A stretch of DNA of 16,162 nt from Candidatus Moanibacter sp. Its GTDB lineage: Bacteria > Verrucomicrobiota > Verrucomicrobiia > Opitutales > UBA2987. Below, in pieces: positions 7,290 through 15,438 of the stretch. The stretch lies in contig CBDCEW010000043.1 in the NCBI GenBank assembly GCA_965215885.1, positions 1-16,162 of the forward strand. The letters are read 5' to 3'. Below the pieces are notes generated by a model, which was not told the DNA's origin, searched no databases, and worked only from the letters and a program-made list of their open reading frames with translations. Numbering within the stretch: position 1 is the first letter of the stretch; each line of letters begins with the position of its first letter. The position numbers were made by a program, and so were the translations under genes.

Positions 7290-10031
7290 ATGGCAGAGAA
7301 AAAGATCAAACTTCACCTGGACTGTCCCGATCCGGGGCTTCAGGACAAGGTGATTGTGACTCACGGCATACCGTTTGCAGTGGGGGAACTATCGTCGCCG
7401 GAGACGGCCCAGATTGTAGATGAGACGGGAGCGCGTTATGCGACGCAGAACACGGTGCTGGCGACCTGGGACCCGGAGCGCGTGTCGGCTAAATGGCTGC
7501 TCGTCGACGCCCTCTTGCCTGCTGAGGCCATCGCGGAATCGAGGCGGTTTTACATCGAGTATCCCGTGTCCCGGGAAGCGTCGATCTCCGCGAGCGGAGA
7601 TGGAGCGGCATCGTCAGAGGAATCTGAGGGTGGTGGCGGTTCGTCGGGGAAGCGTGTGACGGTGGAGGACCACGCCGAGGTAGTGACCATCGACACCGGA
7701 GCGGTGCGTCTGCGGGTGCTACGAAACCGTGCAGATTTCCTGGAAAGCGTGGCCGTCCGCAAACCCGAGGGTTGGGAGAACGTGCTCACAGGCTCCAGGG
7801 CGGCGTATCTCTACATGAGCGACGGAGCGGGCAACTGTTACGACTCGATCACGGCCGCTCCGGCACCTTCGGTAACGGTGGAGGATTCCGGTCCGGTGCG
7901 CACCTCCCTCTGCGTGCGCGGGTGGTTGGCCAACGAATCCGGAGTTCGGTTCTGTCCTTACATTTTGCGAATCCACGCCTTCGCCGGGCGCAGCGATCTG
8001 CGAATTTTTCACACCGTTATCTTCGTTCAGAATCTGGAGCATGTCGCCATTACGAGTATGGGGTTGCGCCTGAAATTGAGCCTCGGCCGTACATTCCGAT
8101 ACAGTGCCGGCGGCGATGACAGTATTCATATGGATGCGGTCTCGAAATCCTTCCATCTTCGCCACCTCTCCGATCAGGAATATGGCATTTGGTGCGACGG
8201 GAAAAGACGGTGGAGCGGGAGACGCGCGCCCGGATGGTTCACCATGGAAGGTTCCGAGGCTTCCGTGGCCGTCTGCCTGCGCGACATTTGGCGGGAATTT
8301 CCGAAGGGAATTCGCGCAGAGGTCGATGGAAGCATGGATTTGCAGCTCTGGCCGCTTGAACACGTAGAACCGCTAAGTTTTCCAACGCGTCTCAAAGAGC
8401 AGGTCATCCGGGCGCAGACGGCGGAGGAAATGCTTGAAAAGCTTAAACGGAATGCAACCGCGGCAGTATGCTTTAAGGGATTCCTCGGCGCTACCGATAT
8501 GCCGCGCACCGAGGCGGAAGGCAATTTGACCTCCCTCAAGGAGGCAAAGGCGTTTGCGGAAAAACACCTGAAGGACCGGGATGTCACCTGGGGGGATGGT
8601 TCGTGTGGTAAGGCCGCGGGGTTGGCGAAAACGCATGAGTTCTGGTTGGATTTCCGCGCCCCAGCCCCGGAATTGGCGGAAGCGGTCGGCATCGGGGTCC
8701 TTGGCCCCAAAATTATACCCGGAAAACCGATGGAAACGCCGGACCCGACCTCTCTGGAGTGGACCGCTGACTGGGCACGCCTGATTGATACGCCCCCTCT
8801 CGCTGCGCCCGACCCGCAATACGTTTGTTCGACGGATGCCCTCCGCCTTTTGCACCCCGAAGATCGGGAGCGCTTTCCCGAAATCGAGGAAGGGCTGGAC
8901 AAAATGTTCGAGGCCTGCCTGGCGGATCCGGTTGAAACGTGCCGCCTCTATGGGACCATCGATTACGGCGATATGATTAACAGCCATGCCCGCATGCATG
9001 GGCCTCTCTTCCTCCTCTTCAAGGACGAGCCCGGTTTCAATTTTACCGACATGGTGGGCTGGATGAATAACGAGGCCAACGATGTTTGCGAGAACCTCTG
9101 GCTTGGATATGCCAGAAGTGGAAGTCGAAGGTACTGGGGGAGAGCCGAGGCCTACTCCGAGCATCTCGAAGACGTAGATACCACCCATGCCCATCCGACC
9201 GATCCCTCCTGGGTGGGGTTGATCCACTATCACAATATGCAACATTGGTCGGGACCGCCGTCGCCTTCGCACACCCAGATTCACGGCTATCTCCTGCACT
9301 ATTTTTTGACCGGAAACCGGCGGGCCCTCGAGGTTTGCCGGGAGGCGGCCGATTGGGCTCTCCGCCACCTCGAGCCGGCCGGACATGTGAGCTGCCGGGT
9401 CAAAGGATTGCGGCGCGAATACACCGGGCCGGTCTCCAATCTGTGGGCCTTTTATCAGGCGAGCTGGGAAGAGGCCTATGGCGAGGCGGCTCGGAAATCC
9501 CTGGAGTTTTTCCTTAAAGCGCAGCGTGAGACAGGAGGTTGGCCGACGAACCTTGCAACGGGCGGACTGAGGGGCGAGGGCGTGATCGAGGATGGGCCTG
9601 AGGAATACGGTGGGGGAGGCGGCGAAGCCTATATGATCTACGATGCACTCCGGATCACGGGCGACGAACGGATCAGGCGTGCCGTCATCGCCTGCGGTGA
9701 CTGGGGCCATCGAGAATATTACGATTCGGCGCACTATGGGAAGAGCTACGGGCCGGGAGGAACGCTGCCGCCATACTATGATCACAGAACCTATCTGCAC
9801 CCATTGATGTGCATGGGCCTGTCTTCCTTCTGGCTGGCTTTTGCCTACGAATTAACAGGTGACGACAAATATCTGGGGCCACTCCGGGAGCTTCTGGAGC
9901 ACTTCCCCCTCCAGGCCGAGGATACCGCTGCCTTTACCGGGAGAACAGTTTTTCAGCAGGCGGGGCTGGCAGTGCAAAATGTCGCACGCGCCGCCGCCGC
10001 CGTCGCCAGGGCGGAAGCGGCGAATCAGTGA
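7290..10031 (+). CDS. PcRGLX/YetA-like (PL26 family-like) protein, paralog 2
   Basis: 913-aa ORF colinear with 2320-4962: GIPFAVGEL, LATWDP..AKWLLVD, AKAFAEKHL, GLAKTHEFWLD, YGTIDYGD, WMNNE, AEAYSEHLEDVDT, HYHN..HWSG.PSPSHTQI. Confidence 0.75.
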   Translation: MAEKKIKLHLDCPDPGLQDKVIVTHGIPFAVGELSSPETAQIVDETGARYATQNTVLATWDPERVSAKWLLVDALLPAEAIAESRRFYIEYPVSREASISASGDGAASSEESEGGGGSSGKRVTVEDHAEVVTIDTGAVRLRVLRNRADFLESVAVRKPEGWENVLTGSRAAYLYMSDGAGNCYDSITAAPAPSVTVEDSGPVRTSLCVRGWLANESGVRFCPYILRIHAFAGRSDLRIFHTVIFVQNLEHVAITSMGLRLKLSLGRTFRYSAGGDDSIHMDAVSKSFHLRHLSDQEYGIWCDGKRRWSGRRAPGWFTMEGSEASVAVCLRDIWREFPKGIRAEVDGSMDLQLWPLEHVEPLSFPTRLKEQVIRAQTAEEMLEKLKRNATAAVCFKGFLGATDMPRTEAEGNLTSLKEAKAFAEKHLKDRDVTWGDGSCGKAAGLAKTHEFWLDFRAPAPELAEAVGIGVLGPKIIPGKPMETPDPTSLEWTADWARLIDTPPLAAPDPQYVCSTDALRLLHPEDRERFPEIEEGLDKMFEACLADPVETCRLYGTIDYGDMINSHARMHGPLFLLFKDEPGFNFTDMVGWMNNEANDVCENLWLGYARSGSRRYWGRAEAYSEHLEDVDTTHAHPTDPSWVGLIHYHNMQHWSGPPSPSHTQIHGYLLHYFLTGNRRALEVCREAADWALRHLEPAGHVSCRVKGLRREYTGPVSNLWAFYQASWEEAYGEAARKSLEFFLKAQRETGGWPTNLATGGLRGEGVIEDGPEEYGGGGGEAYMIYDALRITGDERIRRAVIACGDWGHREYYDSAHYGKSYGPGGTLPPYYDHRTYLHPLMCMGLSSFWLAFAYELTGDDKYLGPLRELLEHFPLQAEDTAAFTGRTVFQQAGLAVQNVARAAAAVARAEAANQ

Positions 10032-10049
10032 GGCCGCCGGCTGCGCAGC

Positions 10050-10071
10050 GGGTTCGACAAGCTCACCACAG
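10050..10071. repeat. Solo REP-like motif ggttcgacaagctcacca, related to the 24-nt micro-elements
   Basis: Shares the core ttcgac-NN-gctca with ccattcgacgggctcatggcaggc. Confidence 0.55.
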
Positions 10072-10123
10072 ACCGGATCAAAGAATGCTGTGCGGCAGTG
10101 TGAAACTTGAAGCAGTTGCAGGA

Positions 10124-10188
10124 CGAAATGCTTCCGCATTCCGCTACGCTGAAATTCGACACCCGTAGCGGAATGCGGGAGCATTTCG
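10124..10188. repeat. Inverted pair of GTAG REPs (GTAG ends inside) forming a 25-bp stem with a 15-nt loop
   Basis: cgaaatgcttccgcattccgctacg / cgtagcggaatgcgggagcatttcg with one G-U pair; each arm is GTAG-cggaatgc-GG(A/G)A-gcatttcg. Confidence 0.85.
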
Positions 10189-10407
10189 ATAGTGTTGCCA
10201 CCGAATTGAGCTAATATGAACCGCCCGCAAACCCGCTCTGCCGTACGGCAGGGAAGTTTCTGATCAGATAATGGTTGATTCCTGTGAAAGACGTTGACGG
10301 ACCAAACAGTTGTGATTCTCTTTCGGAGGACCCGCTGGCGAAGTGGAACTGGCTTCCAGGCAGTGAGAACCAGGTCTCTCTTGGTTTAAATTCGAAATGG
10401 ACTTAGG

Positions 10408-12057
10408 ATGGAGCAAGTAACCTTCGTCGAATCCGGCAGACCGGTATGCGCCCGACTCGCCGGCCACGAGCTCGACTGTCGTCCCGGTTTCGTTTACCTG
10501 GGTCCCGGTCGCGACTTCGTATACGGTGACCGAGGCATCGGGACGGGGGACTTCCGCATTAGCGCGCGGTTGTCGCTGCAAAGGGCTCCCACGCACCAGC
10601 AGTTTATTAAAATGCCCGGTGAAGATTCCAGCAACGCATGCTTTTGCTTTTCAGGTGGAGACGCTTGGATAGAAGGTGAAGGAGAGCTCAAGGTTAGCGG
10701 ATTCCTGCCGCCGGAGGTGAGAAGGCACAGCAGGTTCGGCTTCGGCCATGAGGGAATGCTTTTCGTGGACGGACCGCTCTTCGGGGGGCTCGCGCTACTC
10801 GCCCGGGCGAAAGACTCGATTGCGGCGGGAAAGCCGTTTGTCTTCGAGATGGTGCGTTCAGGAAATCGGATGCAATTCCGGATCGACGGGCGTGTTGCCC
10901 ACGAGATGGAGTACATCAGAGAGTCTCTCGGAAAGGTCGGGTTCACTGCCGGCCAGGGTGCGATACACCTCTTCGATTTCAGTGCCGAGGGCGACACTTA
11001 CGGGCTCGACTGGCAGCGTAGGCAGCCTGTGGGCTATACAATTCCGGTGGCCGACATCACCGACCAGCCGCAACGGCAGGTGGTTTTGGCCAGGGGAAGC
11101 GAGACAGTCAACTATCAGCACCCTTCCACGGTCCTCATGGGAGACGGGAGGACGATTCTGTGTCCCTGGACCTACGAGCACGGTGGTGCCTTGGGCCCCA
11201 TGAAGCGAAGCGAGGACGGCGGCTTGAGTTGGGAGTGGATACAAACACCGGAGGACTGGTCCGCTGTGGTAAACTGTCCGACTATTCATCGACTTACCGG
11301 CCCTGACGGAGCCGAACGGCTGATCGTTCAGGCGGGAAATAGAGGGGCCATGGTGCAGGCTGTGTCCGGGGACGGTGGAGTCACCTGGAGCAGTATGAAG
11401 GAGACCGGCATATCCTGTACGGTGGCGCCCATAACGATCGAACCGATCTCAGACGGGCGGCACCTTGCGCTCTTTCACGAAGGACGTCGCATCTTCATGA
11501 GTGTCACGACCGACGGCGGGCTCAAGTGGTCCCAGCAGCGTAAGATCGCCGAAGAAAGAGATGCCTACTTGTGCGAGCCCGCACTCTTCAGGTCCCCGGA
11601 CGGGAAGCAACTGGCGGCCGTCATGCGGGAAAACTCCAGATGGTACAACTCCTGCATCATTTTCAGCGACGACGAAGGAGAGTCGTGGAGCAGCCCCGAG
11701 GAGCTACCCGGCAGCCTCAATGGAGACCGGCATCTGGCCCGCTACGATGCGGATGGTCGCATCGTTATGGTGTTCAGAGACACCGGAATGTGCAGCAAGA
11801 CGACAGGAGATTTTGTGGGCTGGGTCGGTACCTACGAGGACCTCGTGGAAAAACGCGAAGGGCAGTACCGGCTACGGCTCATCGCCAACAGCAGGTATGC
11901 TCATGCCGGTTGGACGGGGTATCCCGGACTGGAGCGGCTGCCGGATGGGACCTTTGTAGCGACCACCTACGCCGTCATCGAGCCGGGGCACAAAGCTTCG
12001 ATCGTGTCCGTGCGGTTCAAGCTCAGCGACACCGATGCGCTGGCGGTGAAAGATTGA
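10408..12057 (+). CDS. Asp-box/BNR-repeat sialidase-like protein with an N-terminal ~200-aa beta-rich (lectin-like?) domain
   Basis: Asp-boxes SEDGGLSW, SGDGGVTW, TTDGGLKW, SDDEGESW; CEP, MRENS, DRH and GYP motifs; C-terminus nearly identical to the 1-1233 protein (GYPGLERLPDGTFVATTYAV). Confidence 0.85.
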   Translation: MEQVTFVESGRPVCARLAGHELDCRPGFVYLGPGRDFVYGDRGIGTGDFRISARLSLQRAPTHQQFIKMPGEDSSNACFCFSGGDAWIEGEGELKVSGFLPPEVRRHSRFGFGHEGMLFVDGPLFGGLALLARAKDSIAAGKPFVFEMVRSGNRMQFRIDGRVAHEMEYIRESLGKVGFTAGQGAIHLFDFSAEGDTYGLDWQRRQPVGYTIPVADITDQPQRQVVLARGSETVNYQHPSTVLMGDGRTILCPWTYEHGGALGPMKRSEDGGLSWEWIQTPEDWSAVVNCPTIHRLTGPDGAERLIVQAGNRGAMVQAVSGDGGVTWSSMKETGISCTVAPITIEPISDGRHLALFHEGRRIFMSVTTDGGLKWSQQRKIAEERDAYLCEPALFRSPDGKQLAAVMRENSRWYNSCIIFSDDEGESWSSPEELPGSLNGDRHLARYDADGRIVMVFRDTGMCSKTTGDFVGWVGTYEDLVEKREGQYRLRLIANSRYAHAGWTGYPGLERLPDGTFVATTYAVIEPGHKASIVSVRFKLSDTDALAVKD

Positions 12058-12138
12058 CGTGGTTCAGCGGGAATACGCTCCTTGAGAATAGCAAGAAAAG
12101 CGGACTAGTGGTCACCAATGAAAAGTAGGCATTAGAGG

Positions 12139-13017
12139 ATGAAACTGCTGGTTGTGGGAGGGAACGGTCACTATGGCGGCCTTATTACCAGCCACCTTTC
12201 CGCCAGGCATGACATTACTGTCTTTGATTTGGATGATTCCCCTTTTGAATTTGAGTGCAAACAGGTGGTGGGGGACATCCTGAATCGTGACCAGATCGAA
12301 GGCAGCGCGGAAGGGATCGACGCGATTGTGACGTTTTTTGTCGGCGATGCTTCCCTGTCGACCATGGGTATGGTCAACGTGATGACGGCGGCGGAGCAGC
12401 ATGGCGTTGAGCACGTTGTCTACACCAGCAGCGGAGGAATGCCGTTTCCGAGCGATACCTGCAATTCGGACAATCCGCTCGTCCCCATGGAGAGTTTCTC
12501 AGAGGAATTCTGGCGGGATTATTTTCCGATTACGGAAGACGCCGCGATGTTTCCGGGGCAGGAGACGTCCGGCTACTTCCTTCACAAGTGGGTGTGCGAA
12601 GAGATCGGGCGGTATTTCGCCGCGCGTGGGAAGGTGAAGTTCACTTCCATCCGTCCTGGATTGCTGATGCACGATGACATGACAAATCGCCCTGGCGGCG
12701 AGACAACAAGGCATTATCAGCCGTTTTTTATGCTCATGACCGGGCAGGTCAGGATGTGCGATTGTGCGCAACTCTACGATCTGGCTCTTAGAAATCCCCC
12801 TGCCGGGTTCGAAGCCTACCACTGCTCCAATGATTCCCCGTATAACAACCTCAGTGTGGAGAAAGCAAAGCGTCAACTGGGTTACACTTGCCTGGACCAG
12901 AAACCATACATGGATTTCTACGCCAGGATGGACTGGAAGAGCGCTTTTGAAGAGCTTGTCAGCAAAGGGTTTCCCGAAGATCTGCTCCGTGGCATGTACG
13001 GCTTTCGACACTGTTGA
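12139..13017 (+). CDS. NAD(P)-dependent epimerase/dehydratase family (extended SDR) protein
   Basis: N-terminal MKLLVVGGNGHYG Rossmann motif, VYTSS, YFLHK (YxxxK), SIRPG. Confidence 0.85.
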   Translation: MKLLVVGGNGHYGGLITSHLSARHDITVFDLDDSPFEFECKQVVGDILNRDQIEGSAEGIDAIVTFFVGDASLSTMGMVNVMTAAEQHGVEHVVYTSSGGMPFPSDTCNSDNPLVPMESFSEEFWRDYFPITEDAAMFPGQETSGYFLHKWVCEEIGRYFAARGKVKFTSIRPGLLMHDDMTNRPGGETTRHYQPFFMLMTGQVRMCDCAQLYDLALRNPPAGFEAYHCSNDSPYNNLSVEKAKRQLGYTCLDQKPYMDFYARMDWKSAFEELVSKGFPEDLLRGMYGFRHC

Positions 13018-13085
13018 GAGAACCTATCTTGACCCTCTGTTTGAGACAAAATTGGATATGAGACGGCACTGAAAGGAAACTACTT

Positions 13086-13940
13086 ATGGCAAAACGTAAA
13101 GTGTTGATTACCGGTGGGGCAGGGTATGTGGCCGGACGGATGCTGCCGGCCCTGAGGGAGCGCTACGATCTAACGATTTTGGATATTGTGCGCACCAACC
13201 GAGAGGGCGATGAAGTGGAAGGGGTGGTGATGGCCGACTTGCTGGAACGAGATAGGAGTGCTTACCGGGAACATTTCAGGGGACAGGATGCCGTGATCCA
13301 CTGTGGTTTTGTCCATAGTAAAAGGCCCGAGGACCGCTACTGGGCAGAGTCGGCCAATGTGGATATGTCGCACAATGTCTACCAGACCTGTGTCGAGGAA
13401 GAGGTGCGGCGGGCGGTGGTGATCAGCTCCAACCATGCCGCAGACTATTACGAGAATCTGATCTGGGCGGGTAAGATGGAGTTTGTGACCCCGGATATGT
13501 ACCCGCTATCCGATAATTTCTACGGGTGGGCCAAGGCGGCTTACGAGCTTCTGGGATTTGCTTTTGCTACGGGAGGTCCAAATCAGGGGAAGAAGCTGGA
13601 AAACGTCCAGATCAGGGTTGGGGGACCGCGCGAGACGGATATGGACCGGGCAAAAGCGCAGGATCTGAAACGCATGCACCGGGGTCTGGGGGCCTATCTG
13701 AGCGTGCGGGACCAGGTACAGTTGGTGGTGAAGAGCATCGAGACGGAAAATATCGAGGATGAGAACGGAATTCCGTTCCAGATTTTTTACGGCATCAGCG
13801 GGAACACGCACAATTTCTGGAGCATTGCCAATGCCCGGCGGATCATCGGCTACGAACCGGAGGACAACAGCCAAATTCGGTTTGCCGACAAGATTGCGAA
13901 GGTTATTCAGGAAGCTCAGAAGGATTATCTGGACGAATAG
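13086..13940 (+). CDS. NAD(P)-dependent epimerase/dehydratase family protein, uronate dehydrogenase-like
   Basis: LITGGAGYVA, ISSNHA, FYGWAK (YxxxK), YLSVRD and YGISGN motifs resemble Udh-type SDRs; RBS aaagga upstream. Confidence 0.85.
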   Translation: MAKRKVLITGGAGYVAGRMLPALRERYDLTILDIVRTNREGDEVEGVVMADLLERDRSAYREHFRGQDAVIHCGFVHSKRPEDRYWAESANVDMSHNVYQTCVEEEVRRAVVISSNHAADYYENLIWAGKMEFVTPDMYPLSDNFYGWAKAAYELLGFAFATGGPNQGKKLENVQIRVGGPRETDMDRAKAQDLKRMHRGLGAYLSVRDQVQLVVKSIETENIEDENGIPFQIFYGISGNTHNFWSIANARRIIGYEPEDNSQIRFADKIAKVIQEAQKDYLDE

Positions 13941-13949
13941 GGTTCGTAT

Positions 13950-13973
13950 ATCGCGGGGTAATGCCGCTCCTAC
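13950..13973 (-). repeat. Solo GTAG-type REP (gtaggagcggcattaccccgcgat)
   Basis: GTAG followed by an imperfect gcgg..ccgc palindrome, just downstream of the stop at 13940. Confidence 0.65.
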
Positions 13974-14021
13974 ATTTGGGAGGGTGACGTCTTATTCTTG
14001 GCGATTCTCTCCCCGTTAGGG

Positions 14022-14057
14022 AATCTTTGTCGTCAGCTTCGTCGCGAGCTTTGTCGA
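14022..14057. repeat. Triplet of degenerate 12-mers (aatctttgtcgt cagcttcgtcgc gagctttgtcga)
   Basis: Same family at 1332-1355, 15990-16025 and 16066-16101, and inverted at 1513-1577 and 15869-15921. Confidence 0.75.
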
Positions 14058-14098
14058 AATCTCCTTGGCTGGAGCCCGCGATCAGATCACACGGCTTT

Positions 14099-14276
14099 AA
14101 CCCGAACATTTCACAAACCTTCTACTACGACCGCGGATCTTACTGCGTCTCAAAGTCTTCCCTTGCCCGCCGACCTCAGAGGGTTCCAACACGCTGTCGC
14201 CCACCGGCCTGCGGAAAGGCCTTGATACGCAGTAATCTACGCCGTCTCGCTACGAAGTGTGTGAAAAGTCCGGGTT
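14099..14276. mobile_element. 178-bp MITE, copy 1 (overlaps the 3' end of the aldo/keto reductase)
   Basis: TIR aacccgaacatttcaca / tgtgaaaagtccgggtt; internal ttactgcgt/acgcagtaa stem; ungapped alignment to 15260-15437 with about 25 mismatches by manual count. Confidence 0.88.
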
Positions 14277-15191
14277 CACCCGTAACAACTCTTCCTCAGA
14301 CAGGGCGGATTCACCTGCGAGTGCGTTGGCTCTGGCTTGTTCCGGCTTTGTTGCTCCCGGTATGGCAACCGGATGGAGTGGATGCGAAATCACGTAGCGC
14401 AGTGCGGTGGTTGCGAGATCAGTGCCGGCGCAGGTTTGCTGGATTGTTTTCACTGAAGCCAACTTCTGTTCGAAATCCGCCCGGTTCTCTTCACCCTCGT
14501 TCCACCTCTGTCGAATGGCATCGGTAAAAGTGGTCTCTTCATCGTATTTGCCCGACAGAAGCCCCATGGCCATCGGCCCTCGTGCCAGGACGGCAATGCC
14601 ATTCTCGATGCAGTATGGGAACAGTTCCGTTTCAGGTGACCTGTTGATCAAAGAGTAGTCGCACTCAACTGCGGCGCACTTCCCGCCACTCATGTCGTTG
14701 AAACGTTTCAGGACATCAACGCTATCGGTGGAGATGCCGTACTCTCGAATAAAGCCTTCGCTCTTGAGGTCGTCAAACCCCGCAATGTAAATCGACGGAT
14801 CTTCGATGCCGCCGTCGTGGCAGAGTATGAGATCGATGTAGTCAGTGCGGAGCCGGCCACAACAGGCATGTCCACAGCCACGAATCATGTCAGCCGTTGT
14901 CTTGGGCACATTCTGACCGGTTCGCCCACCCCACCACGCGATCTTGCTCACAAGATATATCTTGTCGCGGAAGTGTTTTACGGCTTTCCCGAGCCGAATC
15001 TCGCAGATGCCGTTGGGTATGCCGTAGGATTCGGCTACGTCAAACAGGTTCATCCCGGACTCGTAGGCGGTCTTGATAATACGGTCGGCGGTTTCATCGG
15101 ACATTTCTCCCCACTGATTGCCGATGTTCCAGCAACCCTGACCAATTGCCGACACCTTCCAGCCGGTTCTCCCAAAATCACGATATAGCAT
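14250..15191 (-). CDS. Aldo/keto reductase
   Basis: MLYRDFGRTGWKVSAIGQG, FDVAESYG (Asp/Tyr), SK, LRTDYIDLILCH (His), GPMAMGLLSGK, IPGATKPEQARAN; RBS aaggga upstream. Confidence 0.93.
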   Translation of the reverse strand: MLYRDFGRTGWKVSAIGQGCWNIGNQWGEMSDETADRIIKTAYESGMNLFDVAESYGIPNGICEIRLGKAVKHFRDKIYLVSKIAWWGGRTGQNVPKTTADMIRGCGHACCGRLRTDYIDLILCHDGGIEDPSIYIAGFDDLKSEGFIREYGISTDSVDVLKRFNDMSGGKCAAVECDYSLINRSPETELFPYCIENGIAVLARGPMAMGLLSGKYDEETTFTDAIRQRWNEGEENRADFEQKLASVKTIQQTCAGTDLATTALRYVISHPLHPVAIPGATKPEQARANALAGESALSEEELLRVNPDFSHTS

Positions 15192-15259
15192 CTTCGAATC
15201 CCTTTACTTCGGATCTCCATTGAGAACATGACAAGGGAGTATTTGCAAGGATCATCTCT

Positions 15260-15437
15260 AGCCCGAACATTTCACAAACCATCTGCTGCGACCACGGATG
15301 TCACTGCGCCTCAAGGCCTTCTCTTGTCCGGCGACCTCAGAGAGTTCCAACACACTGTCGCCCGCCGGACTGCGAAAAGACCTTGATCCGCAGCAACCTA
15401 CGCCGTCTCGCTACGATGTGTGTGAAATGTCCGGGCT
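15260..15437. mobile_element. 178-bp MITE, copy 2 (same orientation)
   Basis: TIR agcccgaacatttcaca / tgtgaaatgtccgggct; both junctions read CTAG, consistent with a TA target. Confidence 0.88.
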
Positions 15438-15438
15438 A

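Noticed and set aside
8373..9800. 475-aa minus-strand ORF and other nested or antisense ORFs
   Set aside because: Fully overlap well-supported genes; typical shadow frames in GC-rich coding DNA with no recognisable motifs.
10210..10400. Riboswitch or leader RNA upstream of the second sialidase-like gene
   Set aside because: Only short hairpins (ctgccgtacggcag) are visible and I cannot match a known aptamer consensus; an Rfam cmscan would settle it.
14099..15437. AKR acquired as a MITE-flanked composite transposon
   Set aside because: The original last codons of the AKR continue beyond copy 1, so the gene was resident before insertion; the copies are ~14% diverged.
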